Shown here: piece after piece, positions 33,132-45,240 of the stretch | Layout: each line of letters begins with the position of its first letter | How positions within the stretch are numbered: position 1 is the stretch's first letter | Origin: Klebsormidium nitens | Taxonomy: Eukaryota > Plantae > Klebsormidiophyceae | Assembly (NCBI GenBank): GCA_000708835.1 | Contig: DF237102.1 | Coordinates: 62,001 to 126,000, forward strand | Direction of reading: 5' to 3' | Length of the DNA: 64,000 nucleotides | The notes under the pieces: generated by a model | What the model was told of the DNA's origin: nothing | Databases searched by the model: none | The model's input: the letters and a program-made list of their open reading frames with translations, nothing else | Program-made: the position numbers and the translations under genes

Positions 33132-36100
33132 ATGGCTCTTGCCTTGGCCTGGTCATCAGGGCGCTTGCCTACTTTCTTGTGCTCCGTCAAAAGCTCTGCC
33201 ACTGGTGCACCTCGCAGCAGAAAGAGGATCCTTCCTTCTTCAAGGTTCGTCTCAAACATTGCTCGTGCGTCAGCCGCCATGAACGCTGAGCAGGGCAGCC
33301 GTTCTGCTGAAGCAGAAGACGTGAGTGCAGAACTCTCAAAAAGATGGAGTGAGCCTCAGAAAGTGCACAAAAGTGCGATCTGTATTGTGCCGCCTGAAGA
33401 GCTATGGGGCCCCATCCAGGACATCCGACGCGTACATGATAAGGCAAGTGGTTATGTACTTATCACCACCATTGTGGTCGTGGCAACAAGTACAGAACCG
33501 TCTGGGTCCTATGTCACTGGTGTGCAGCACGCGGCTGAATTGAGTCTATCTTCAACAAAACGAGCACCTTGCCCTGCTTTCTTTATCTCAAGTGAAACGC
33601 ATGCACTGCACCGCCCTTTTTGAAAGAAACCAGGTTTGCAAGCTAATATGAGTCACGTTGCGAGTTCATTCTCTTCTGTCCACAGCATTACAAACGATGG
33701 ATGCCACACATCAACCTCATCTATCCTTTCTGGGTTGACGAAGGCGACAACTTCCAAGTGGCGGCTGAAAGAGCGGTAGGGCAAGGTCGCATGGTCCGCT
33801 GAACTTTCACCTTTGCATGACATCTGAGGTGATGGAGTAAAGCACAGGCTCAAATTCCCTCCAGGCTTATGCGTACAGTCGTATCAAAGATCTTTCAGCT
33901 GGCATTGGAGGGAGGTGCTGTGAGTTTAGGTCGTCATCATGCTGATTCCTTGCTACAAGCACTGTACCTGGTCCCCTGGGGTTCGCCCTTCTCTAATCAT
34001 CAAGGGTTGAAGTCATGTGTGATTGTGTCTGTGTATGCGCTGTGAAGGTTGCAAAGTTCTGAGATGGGTCTATGTTTTCTACAAGCTTTCGGATAGGTCA
34101 TGCAGATGTTCTAGGTCTGTGGGGTGCCTCTTGACTTGTTGCACCTTTTCTTCATGTCCACCCAGCCTGCGACTTCTGATTTAGAGGTGTCATTGACAAA
34201 GTAGTTGTCTTCAGGGGGATCCAAGGTCTAATTTTTTCAGCAGACGAGTATCTCAGAACATAGCGCACTCCTACTCAGTTGACTCCTTTGTGGTCACAGG
34301 TGGCAAAGTTGAGCTCTATTCAGCCATTCCAGCTTTCTTTAAAAGCTTTTAACTACTTCCAACACAACAGGTAAGTGCACGTTTGGTCCAATAGCTCCCT
34401 TCGAAGGCTGCAATCATGAGCTTGGATTTTCTTCTGCTTGAGTCTTAACCTGCGATCTGCAAGAGATTTCCCTAGGGCTCGAGGCTGATTAGTTGGGGAT
34501 TTCGAGCATTGGGAGTCATTGAAAACAATTGTCCACGGTTTGCAAACTGCCCGATCCACTCGTATCATTTGAGAAAACAGTAGATCTTATCAAATTTGCG
34601 GACTGTAGTTAGCAGTGGCTCCCCTTACTCACGGTCAGTGCGCCAGCTTGAGACAAGGGCACTGCCGAAAGATAGCTTGAATCTTACTGGCTCTTCAACT
34701 TTCAACAGGAGCTGCACGATGTGGCTTGATCCGACGGACGCCACTGCCCAGCTGCAGACGCTCCAAGCGGCGTTGCAGGAGGCATTTCCGAAGTGCACTG
34801 AGCTGAGCACAATAAGCGACTCGTTCAAGCCCCACCTCTCGGTTGGCCAGGTGAGCGCTGCCCTCTTGCATCTGTCCTGTCTGCTCTTCCGTTAATTCTC
34901 AGTTGGAGAGCTGTCACAACGTTCTTGTGTCCAGGTGGGAGTTGTATTTTGCTGCCTCTTCTCGGTTCTTTTTCACTTTGGATTTGGAAATTCAGACCGT
35001 TGTAGGGCCTTGTATCGGTCACTTCAAATTGAGGGCGAAAGAAGAACTGTTGCATCTACTGTGCCTTCAAGGTCATGCGAGGATCCTAGACTTCCACATT
35101 ACCATGCCACAATGAAAGTGAACAAAGTGGTATTCTCATCAACCTCCCTTTCAAAGTGTTTGAAAATGCGAGATTGGTGTTGCACGAAGCGTTCTCAAGC
35201 CTTGCACCTCTTTGCTTCATCAACGTGATTTGGAGATTTGTGGAGCCATTTTTTCATGTGCCTTTGCCTGATAAAGAACTCTGTTCGTGGTGGGAGAACT
35301 AAAAGAGTGTCTTCGAAGCGTCAAAGTTCGTGTCTTTTGCAGTGGAGGAACAAGCGCGAGACAGAAGAAGGGATGCGTGCATTCGGAGACACGTGGCCGG
35401 GTCTAGAGTTCACCTTGAAAGAGGTGTTTCTGATCAGCAGGGCAGGTATGGTTACTCATAGCCCTTTGCCAGAAAGCGAGGCACTGGAGAAGTTTTTGAC
35501 GCAGAGCTTAAGTTCAAAATCGAAGAGCTTAAGCGTTAAAATCAGGTATGCCGTGCATGTCTGACCAGTCAAGTAAACCAAGAGCACGTGCTTGTTTTGG
35601 AACGAAGGAACACAATGCGCAACGAGAACCCAAAGAGAAAGCGAACTATCAGAGAGTTCTCGTCAACTATAGGACGCAAAGGCTCGCGTTGCGAAAAACT
35701 CCTTACTGCTTGCAGATTTCGACGACCCGTTTCATAAGCGATCTGCCATCCCCTTGGGTGCGGAGGTCGGGGCGTCGCCGAAGTTGCTCTGGACTCCAGC
35801 CACCTCAGCGAGCGGAACAGGAACGGATTCCACTAACAAAAGCAACGGAACCGGAACACGCAACGGAAGCGGACCTCGGAATGCGCATGGTGCAGAAGAC
35901 CCTACCAGCTCTCGTGAGCAGGTCGGTGAGTTGTTTTGGCACCTTCTAGGGAATAAAAGGATTTTCGATTCCTTTTGCTGAGGGTCACTCATTGTCGCTT
36001 TATCTGGGAGCCTTTTAGGTCAATTCGAATGGTATCCGGGAGCCTTTTAGGTCCATTCGTATTGAATCCTAGGACGTGGGATACTCCTCATCTTCTCGTG

Positions 36101-39100
36101 GATACTCTGGAGAGACCTTTCTGCTTTGTCCTTACAGTCAACGACTCAAACCCAGATTACGGCAAGTCACTTGCCTGGCGCTTCCTCTCGTGTACTCCAG
36201 AGGACGTGACCGTAGCCAGTGCTTCTGCAGGTTCCGAACCAAGCACAAGCGGGCAAGCGGACCTAGTGTGGAACTTCGCTTACGGGGCCAACGTAAACAA
36301 GTGAGCCAAATACTAGGTACTGACAGAGTTTTGGCATTGAAAGGAATACAAGGACATCGGACAGGAATGAAGTTCTGCTGCCTGCTGCGTTTGGCGCCGC
36401 ACTCAAAACCGATCTGCCGTTCTGCAACTACGAACGTACTTTCTGGAGGTCAAGAATGCACGCTCTGCTTCTGAAGTAAGTTGTTACCAGCACCGTTTCT
36501 CATGCTCGCTTCGAACTTTCACTCAAGTAAGCGGTTGAATTCTCCACTTGGACTTGACTGGAGTATTTCCTTGATTCGGCGGAAGCTTTCGTCGCTCAAG
36601 ACAGGACACAACTTCGAGAACGTGTCATTCTATGCAACCCGTACCCAGCGAAAAAGCTTACGCTCAACTGCACCGTCTACTTCTGAAAGTCTGACAAGGG
36701 CTTTGAAACTTGGTCTTGTCTTTTTCCAGAAGACGGTGCCAACTAAAGGTATTCCACTCTTACGACGGTGCCAACTAAAGGTGTTCCACCTGTATTAAAG
36801 TCCAGCAATGCTACTCACAATCATTCTCAGTCTTTTCAGTGACTAACCGGATGATTTATTTCCCGCTCCGTCCAGGCACAAGCTGGAGGTGGTCCGTCGA
36901 ATTACGCCGGTGGACTCTGTCCCGGGCCGGCTCGCGGGATACCGGCTGGCCTTCAATCACCGGTGGGTAATGGCAACGGAAGTGTTCACCGAACAGAGTT
37001 TTTACCCAGTTTCAGAAGCCCCGGGTACACAAACCAAAAACCCTAACCTATATATCGCACGCTCCGCACCCCTACCCACCCTACCCACCTAACCAACCCT
37101 ACCCGTCTTCCGGGTGCCTATGTGAGTGACCACTGCATTTAGTGAACACCTCCGTTGCCTTTATCACCGGTGAAGCCACCCTAAAACGATGCGCTTCAGA
37201 CACATGAACGATAATTGCTCGCCTTTGCAGTGCGAGTCCGTTTCAGTTGACCACAAGGATCGCCCTGGCTTCGAAAATCAATTTCATACGGCAGATACGG
37301 CATCTGAGTACTTGTGGGACCTGTTCCAAAGGGCGACCGAATGCCAAGAGTCTCACTGTCCCAGTCGCTTGTAAAAGCACGTGGTTGCAAATTGCAGCGA
37401 CACGCAGTCGATACCCGTTGTCTGTGTGTCCGCCGCAAGCCACGTGGGGCAGACGCCCTCTTTCACGCACGAAACTCTTGATTCAATGGCCGGAATGCAA
37501 CGTAAGCCTGACGTAAATTCTGTCCCCGTCAGAGGCGCTATGGGAAACGTCGTTGAGTCCCCGGGGGATGCCTGCCACGGGCTGCTCCATCAAGTGACCC
37601 GAGAGCAGTTCAACCGGTTGCGGGAGATGGAAAACGGGTACTCGGCGGTGGACGTCGATGTCGAGCCGTACGACGGCCGGTAAGCGTTTGGTTAGGCGGA
37701 TTGACAGTCACGCAATGGTCGCAAGGGTGCTCCCCATGCTCTCCTTGTTGCCCCCTGTAAGGGCTGCAAGCGGAACCTGTTTCTGACTAAGCTACGGGGA
37801 CACGTGTCACGTCGGAGCTGAACAGCGAATTCGTCTGGCAGCCACACCTTGCGGCTTCTATTAGATCGGAGTCGCCGGCCTGTACCTGGCAATTAAGGCA
37901 ACTGTTGGGTTGCTCGGCCTTGTTGGTCGAGCTTTCTCGCCCCCCTTGTTGTGGCCCAATTACTTTCAGGAGGTATGCTCTACGCATGTGCCTTGCCAGG
38001 TATTCCGTCGTTGAATCGTGTCGAGATTCTCCATATGAATGTTGCTTACTTTTTCGTCCCTTTGCTGAGGATCTTCTTTGTACTTTATGCAGAGGGAGCA
38101 TACGCGCAGTGGTCTTCTGCAGTCGACCAGAGGAGCTCATCCAAGACGGCCTGCCGCCGTCAACCCGTTACTTGAACCTCATCAAAAGTGGGGCCAAAGA
38201 GTGGGGGCTTCATCCAAGTAAGCTCTATCATGTCTCCACGCGGTCTGGTCGACTGTTTTGATTTGTGAATCATTCTCGATTGCTCGCTCTTATCAATCAA
38301 ACTTTCTTCCGCCCCTATCCCATGCGGCTGAGCTTGTTCTTGCTAGGGCGTCTATGTGAAGTTTCTAGGAAGGGCAGTTGCTCGTAATCGGCTAAGCGTT
38401 CCGCTGTTTGTTGAGACCATGTCGCGGTCTCGCTCCGCCCTCTTATCTTCTACTTCTATGTCTGTTAGTAAGGCTTTGGGATCGGCATCCCAGTCGCAGT
38501 TTCTCGAGCAACTCCGCTTAAATTTGAAACAACTTTTGGCTATATGTGGTTGACATACCCTATGTCTCGACGACCTGCAGACTATGTTGCTTGGCTGGAC
38601 AGCCTACCAGCGGTGGATGCGCAAGCCCGCGGGCCGGAGTACTGGCGGTCGCCGGCTGGTTTGAAGCTGCCACCGTCCCAATACAGGTACGTCCATGGTC
38701 GATTCAGTCTCACTTGTCACACCAGTAAACTCACCATGCTACAGTCTGGTGACTGGCAACTGCACACCGGCTCTTCTTCCTAATTGCTAGCAATTGATAG
38801 GCTCAGAAACAATAGTGTAACCATAGGCTGATTGAAAATAGTTTGTTTGTATACAGACAGATTCCAATATATCGCGGAGCACGCTCGTTCAGCTCGTTCA
38901 ACGAACGTCCTTGATGTGCCATAAGGGCAGGCTACGTCGATTCAAGGTTTGCCGGAGTCACGTGTCATCTGCACTCGTCCTGAAGGTGTTGCTACGAGCT
39001 TGTATTAAATATTATGGTCGATCTTCTGCGATTCGTGAACCGAAACGGAGGTTATACTAAGAGGAGACAATCTCGAGTCCTATCGTTGTACAGAGTGGGA

Positions 39101-39250
39101 CGCGTCGTTTATGCTTCTTGTTGTCTTGCTGGTTGCAGCCGTCGTGGCGGAAGAGGCCGTAGTCAACGGGGCCACCATCGAAATAGAGAAGCGTTTGTTA
39201 GAACTGGATCGGGACGGGTGTCCGCTCAACAAAGCACAGCATCGCAATGA
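33132..39250 (+). CDS. Fusion protein: putative organellar transit peptide + 2H phosphoesterase (LENG9/2'-5' RNA ligase-like) + gamma-glutamylcyclotransferase/AIG2-like domain + Arg/Gly-rich tail
   Basis: Exons 33132-33443 (GC donor), 33686-33775, 34300-34370, 34709-34850, 35343-35445, 35716-35925, 36138-36300, 36876-36962, 37533-37679, 38093-38217, 38581-38686 and 39139-39250 are all in phase. 2H motifs: HKSAICIVPP..WGPIQDIRRVHDKHYKRWMPHINLIYPF and FKPHLSVGQ. GGCT motifs: WNFAYGANVN, LAGYRLAFN, CHGLLHQVT..QFNRLREMENGY and PSTRYLNLIKSGAKEWGL. Confidence 0.85.
36006..36062 (+). repeat. Two-copy ~28-bp intronic tandem repeat
   Basis: gggagccttttaggtc(a/c)attcg occurs twice. Confidence 0.8.
36732..36792 (+). 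repeat. Two-copy ~32-bp intronic tandem repeat
   Basis: gacggtgccaactaaaggt(a/g)ttccac occurs twice. Confidence 0.85.
37030..37118 (+). repeat. C-rich dispersed repeat copy in a 2H-GGCT gene intron
   Basis: aaaaaccctaacc...gctccgcacccctacccaccctacccacctaaccaaccctacccgtcttccgggtgc. Confidence 0.8.
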
Positions 39251-40356
39251 TGTTGTGGTGGAATATTAAAGAGTTGCAGCTCGATACAGCAGCTGCTCGG
39301 TCCCGATATTTGATGAATACTCCATCTTTTGGTATGGTTTCCTGAGTTGATTACAGACCTGGTGAAAGAAGGTATGACTCGTTATCTACCATCTTACACA
39401 CTCACCTTATGGAGCTTAATGATACGGAATGTCTTTCAGAAAGGATGAGGCTTACATAGTGGTTGGCGGTATTTTACGTGATTGTCGTGGAGGACAGCTG
39501 TCTTTGGCAAGTATGTGCCTGGCTCGGATGACAATGTTTGGCTCTGCTAGACTAGCACCATGGCATGCCATTGATATCAGATCGTAGAGACGTGTATATT
39601 GGGCCCTGCCTAGCCCCAAGCAAAGACTTCAGATCGATGATGGCCTTCTGTCCGTTCTAAATGATCAGATTGCAATCAGACGATCAGATAAGCTCTAGTG
39701 TATGTATGTTCGATCCACAGAAGTGCGCGTGACAATCCATTGGTGCATCGGTCTTTTGGGAATTCATGGTTGATATCGAGCTCGGGTTTGACTCTAGTTT
39801 GTGCAAAGAACTTAGCCACCGTAGAGACCAAAGAAGTTAGCCACCATCGGAACCAGATCGTGTTTGTCACGTGCATTATCTGCGCACTTGTGCATGCTGA
39901 TGAGCAAGGAAATTACATGCAAGTTGAACGCTATGGAATGGTATATGGTCTCTGTCTACTCTAGTGTGCATTTCAGGGAAGCAACGATCTTCGTGTCCTC
40001 CAGGCTCCTGCCCGGCCTGACAGATCCGATATGTAGAGCCGGGAGAGCAGCTCCCGGGCCAGGAAAATCCTAGTGGTCCGCAGGCCTGGCTCGACTGAGA
40101 TTGTCACGGGGGTATCCGGGGTTTGACTCGGATCCACCGAGCGACCGTCGATCGACGCGACCGGTCACCGGAGTCACCGGACAATTGTCACAGAGCTGAA
40201 CCGCGAAACCCGGGCGCTCTACATGAGTAAATGGCATACCGGTACTTGGAAGTTAGTACCTAGTACGCTAGTAACTTACATAGCTTTCAATCTTCGATGT
40301 TCATTGTTCATGGAAAGGAGCGAGATGTGAATTGTGTAGAAATCAGCCTCGAAGCA

Positions 40357-43300
40357 TGGCGGAGGACGTGTGGAAAGAGGTGGTGGATGTGAACAGGGCA
40401 AAGTCGAGCTTGCTTCTGCTGGAAGGTCCAACACGCTGTGCAGGACGTTGGCCGGGATGGGAGAACGTCGACATATCAAATTGCCCAGGAAAGGGCGGCG
40501 ATGGGGGTGGTGTGGGCATTGCATGTATTCCGCCAGCATCGCAAATGAGGATCAGACCAGACTGGGGTACTCTGAGCTTCCACCGGCGGATACTGTTCCT
40601 CAACGTGAGAAGTGTCTATCGCTAGCAGTGTTTGATACATACTTTCAGCGGCGGTTTTCAAAATCTTTCTGCTCCTGCCAGCCCTTTGGCCAGAGTCTAT
40701 GCTTATGCTCAAGCTACAGAATCGATCACACTTCAGTTCGAAACCATAGCACCTGTGTTGAAACGTTCAGAGTCAGCAGAACCTGCTGCAAATGAAATTT
40801 TTCAAATTGCTCTTTGGTACTTTTTCTGAACCCAAGCTTTCCAATGGTTAAAATTAGTGATGATGGTTTCAGTTGATGATGGTTGCATTCCTTTAAGCGT
40901 TCTTATGCACCTTCTGATTGTTCTAGGGGGGCAGACTAGATTGGCGGCTGGTGGAGGGGCTTCAGCTGAAGGAAGTTGTCAATCTGGGGACACAGAGCAC
41001 AAGTAAGCCAGCAGCTTGTGAGCGCCTCACTTTGCCAAAGGAGCTGCTTCTACAAGTAGCAGTGTCCTTGATAAACTCCACAATAGGGCAGCAGAGAGAC
41101 AGCTCAGAGGAAATCTTTGCTTGAAGGATCGTACATAAGCACACATTTAAGACTTGCAACACATTTCAGGGGGTTCAGAGATCCTATCTGCAAAAATAAT
41201 CATTCCGCACCTCAAGTAAGATCATCCTATAAGGTGTGTAAGTCTTCTAATCCAACTGTGAAGCTGGAAAAATAAAGTCAGTAATTGACTCAGTCAATGG
41301 CCAACCACTCAACATGTTTTAGCCGGTAACACCATACCTCATCTTCTCACTTACAGATGTGACCAATATGATTAATGTAGCTTACCAAACCTTCGTCGTA
41401 TCCAAATGTTTACTGGCACGGTTGATGTCTGCAGTGCAGATTACATTACATGAGGGAAGAGGAGAGGTCAAGAAGTCGGTCGCTGTCTCGCTGCACTATC
41501 AGCCAACTGAAAGGAACAAAGCAAATGTCGCCTTCGCCAACCAACAGCAGAATGGTGAGAAAACTCTGTTTCTGCAGCCCCAGGATCCAGCGAAATGAGC
41601 AAATTTATTAAAATGCGCCTGAAATAATCGGTTGAGGCGTAATCTCGTCATTGTGCTCTTGCCAATCCAAGAGGATGTATGTCTGATCAATCGCATCAAG
41701 CTCCGACCTCCCGTAAAAAGAAGGAAAGAATCTTGTGGACAACTACTTTAGTACAAGCAACCGTCTTCCTCATTGATCATGGTCATCACAGTCAGGTACT
41801 CACCTCCTCCTTAACAAACTTTTTGCGATTTATCATCTCGCAGGTGAGTCCTTTACGGCAGGGGCCTCTTACGGTCTCTCGCCGACCCTCTCCCTTGGTG
41901 CCACGTGTCAGGCAGGGGGCCCCAAGCGGGAGCGGACTCTGGAGTTGCACCTTTCAAACAAGGGCAAGTTCAATTCTGGCACTGTGACAACAAAACTCAA
42001 GGGCAGAGAAAAGACCGTGAGGCTACAAACGCAGCACGGGTCGAACGGAGGGCCCGTCGTAAAGAGCAGTGTATCGACCACGTCAAAGTGAGCCGGCCTG
42101 ACCTTATCTTGGCTTGTTGGCGCGATTTTACTGTTCAGCTTACTCAAAATGCAGAGGACTACTTTGCACTGACAACTAGAAGGCTTGCACTTCGTCAGCC
42201 CCTGAGAAGCTCACATCTGAGCATGCGGCTCGCGCTTGGTTCCATGAAGCCATTGAGACCATTGGTTGAGCTTACAAGATCCTGCTCTTTGAGTAGACTT
42301 GCTTCAGGTCGGCCAGCAACTTGGTCATTCTTGTAGCTTTATATCAGCAAGGGGTTCCACAGAGCTCCGTAATACAGTGCGGAATTTGTGGAATCTGATT
42401 GTTGGGTTGAAGACGCTTATGCAGCGGCGCTGACTTGCTGCAGTAGTGTTTTCTGCAGAGTTTGCTCAAAGCTTGTGGTCTCATTGGATTTGCAGACTGA
42501 AGTCCGCATGACCTTTTCAGCTTCCTTTAGAGAATCGTTTTCCAAGTGTGAAGCGGTTTTGGGTATGACGAGTTTGACATCAGTCCTGTTCAGGTCTGTC
42601 GACATCCTCGACTCCCAAACCAGGTAACGTGCTCAGTGGCCCGTCTTCCTCGGGTTCTCGAGTTCGTCTGATGTCTGCGATGTTCGGATAAGCGATCTTA
42701 ACATCCCATTTGGCCGTCACTGACGCTACATTACGGTGTTTTTCCAGGCTAGCAACCCAGTGGGTGATTGACGCGCAACTGCCCATCACGGGGCGCACCA
42801 GCCTTGCACAGAAAGTCAGCACGGACTTGCGGTCGAAAGACCGCATCGAATGGAAGGCGTCGCACAAGCGGAGTGACGTCCTCCGTTTCGAAGCAGGGCT
42901 CGCAACGGACCTGAAACAGGAACGGAAGCTCAGGTGCGCTCACTAAGTCTTTTTGGAGACATGGAAGAAGGGGGAGATGAAAGTCAGAGGTTGGGAAGAC
43001 AACGAGAGTTTCGGAGAAGAGGTCAAGTGACGTCACCTTCGGACACAGGGACAGTTGGCTCTGCCTCGGACTGCATTACAACTTCTGCGGGAAGCTTTGT
43101 GGAGTCTTTATTTCTTTGTTTAGGAGACTCTCGATCTCGGTTTTCACCAATCGGCACGGACGGCAAGTGGTCACGACAGGGCGGAGCGAAGAGTTCTCAA
43201 TGCTCTTGTTTAGGCAGGAGCGGGAGCTTTTGTTCGAAACCTTTTGGGTGCTACCCACTTTCCCTACACAGTATAGACGAGATACAGGTTCTCCTACTAA

Positions 43301-43919
43301 TTAAGCTATTTCGCAACCTACGCTGGACATGCAATCCTTTGAATTTGGATCCGACCGCCGTCTTGCAGGAGCTTCCCTTGCTTTCCTTTCTTCAAGCCGC
43401 TGCTTGCTCTGGTCGCTTCAGTAGATGCCGGCTCTTCCGTTTATCAGCGCTAGATACTGCTTTAGCAAGGCTCAAGTTCAGCAACGCCGCTCCTAGCTGT
43501 CATCCGAGCAATGATGTTCTGTCGCCTTCAACTAGGCGAACGGAACAATAATGGCCGTTACAGAATTGACAATAATTCAAAGTGGACAAGACACTATCTC
43601 AGCTTGTTGTGCCAAGCCTAATCTTGCCTGTATGTGCAGTGCCGATCTGAAGCTCCCACTGGCCGCAAATGGCGAGCTACACTTCCGGCTTGTAGCTGAC
43701 GAGCACTGGAAGAGGAGGTACCATGTGCATGTGAAAGATCCCAGCAAAGGCGATAAGGCCACTAGATGGAGTTGCTCATACGGACATGATGCTAAGGAAG
43801 GAAGTTCGCTGTCCGCCGAGCTCGTGCATAAGCTGGACCCTTTCCAACTTTTGCACGTCAAAGCGTCCGTACAAGGACGAAGACCAAGGATGACAGTCGA
43901 GTTGCGCACGCCAGATTGA
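40357..43919 (+). CDS. Multi-exon gene for a beta-strand-rich protein of unknown function; 5' structure unresolved
   Basis: Four 3' exons join in phase: ~41411-41532, ~41915-42088, ~42749-42932 and ~43638-43919. They read VQITLHEG...RTLELHLSNKG...LATQWVIDAQLP...LRFEAGLATD...LSADLKLPL...LSAELVHKL...PRMTVELRTPD*. The ATG at ~40357 (MAEDVWKE) is only a candidate start, and I could not link it to the 3' exons with confidence. Confidence 0.5.
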
Positions 43920-45240
43920 CATATCAATTGATTGGTCGACTATGGGCTCCAGCAATCAGAAGTTCATACGGCAATCTGATGCTTAGAGCCCGTGCAGTGG
44001 AATATCGTGTTTCCAGAACCGGAGCTGCAATGTTTGGGGCACCTTTTGGCACATCTTTGCTCAGATTCTAAGCAGCTCCGGCAGGCAGAACTTGTGAAAT
44101 GGTCACCTGAGCGCATATGGTGTCTTGTCATCGTCCATCATTTTGAGGACTAGGCTCGTATATTGGTACTGTGCATCCACGTAGGTGATGTCTGGACGTC
44201 TTTTCTGGAATGCAAACTATCTTAAGTTTGGCGAGAGTACGCATTGCAAGGCAAAGATAATGCCGGTGAACCGCCACAAAGCGCTCGGGCCGCATAACGA
44301 CGAAGCGCAAACATTGCTTACAACAAAGGTCGGCCCGGCGGTCTGGTCGAATCTATACTGCAAAGTCTATAAGCTTCTATAATACCCATGTTTGCAATAC
44401 GAACCACATGTGCAACACAATCTCCGCGTTGAGCTGGCCTGATTGGTCTGCCAAGTACCATTTAATGAAGATCGACAGTCGGATGAGACCATCGTCGGAC
44501 CATCATCATTTGATAAGGCTAGTATATGCCGTTCATTGTACCTATGCAAGCCGGGCCAACTTACTACATCCAATAACGATTGAATCATGATTAAGGAGCC
44601 AAACAATACGATCGAAGTGCACCGGCCGCGCGCGCGCTTGCTAGCCTGATTACCGGTATATAAAAAGCTTCTGTTCTATCATATATCCGATATCGGCCAC
44701 ATCATGCAGCAGCTCTGATCTGGGCGCGCGACTCGGAGGGATGCGGCCGGCTCAGCGCCGCGGCCGCGCTCTGGCAGTGTCACATCCCAAACCCTGCTAC
44801 CAAAGGATTTTGGAGTTTCAACAGCTTTTAGGGTTTTGGCGCAAGCCGAGGCGTCTTTGGCGCCAAAATTTTCCAAAACATGTGAAGCAACTTGAACAAC
44901 AAGTTGAAGGAGTGGCGAAATCTCAAATCTGGAACTGTTTGCAGGCCTTTCTGCTTCTGTACGAACGTCAATGGTCATGCAGTCTGAAGAGCAGGCTGAA
45001 TATGTACGGTACCTACTAAGGTACCCAGTGGGATGGTTGCGGCTCGCATGCATCTACCTATGCGGTTGGACGTCTCAAAACATGGATCAACATACGTAGG
45101 CGTCAAGCGCCTTCCAGTCAGCTTCTGACCACTATGCAATGATCCAAAGAAGCTGCAGCCATTAAATCCTGAAAAGCTGGGCCCTGGTCACATTCTTGGC
45201 ATAGCACGCAAGTGCACTCGTCGTTTGAAAGGGATTTACG

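Noticed and set aside
32625-33280. Minus-strand ORFs of 100 and 142 aa between the divergent genes
   Set aside because: No recognisable motif or splice support. The first is largely the antisense shadow of the transit-peptide region.
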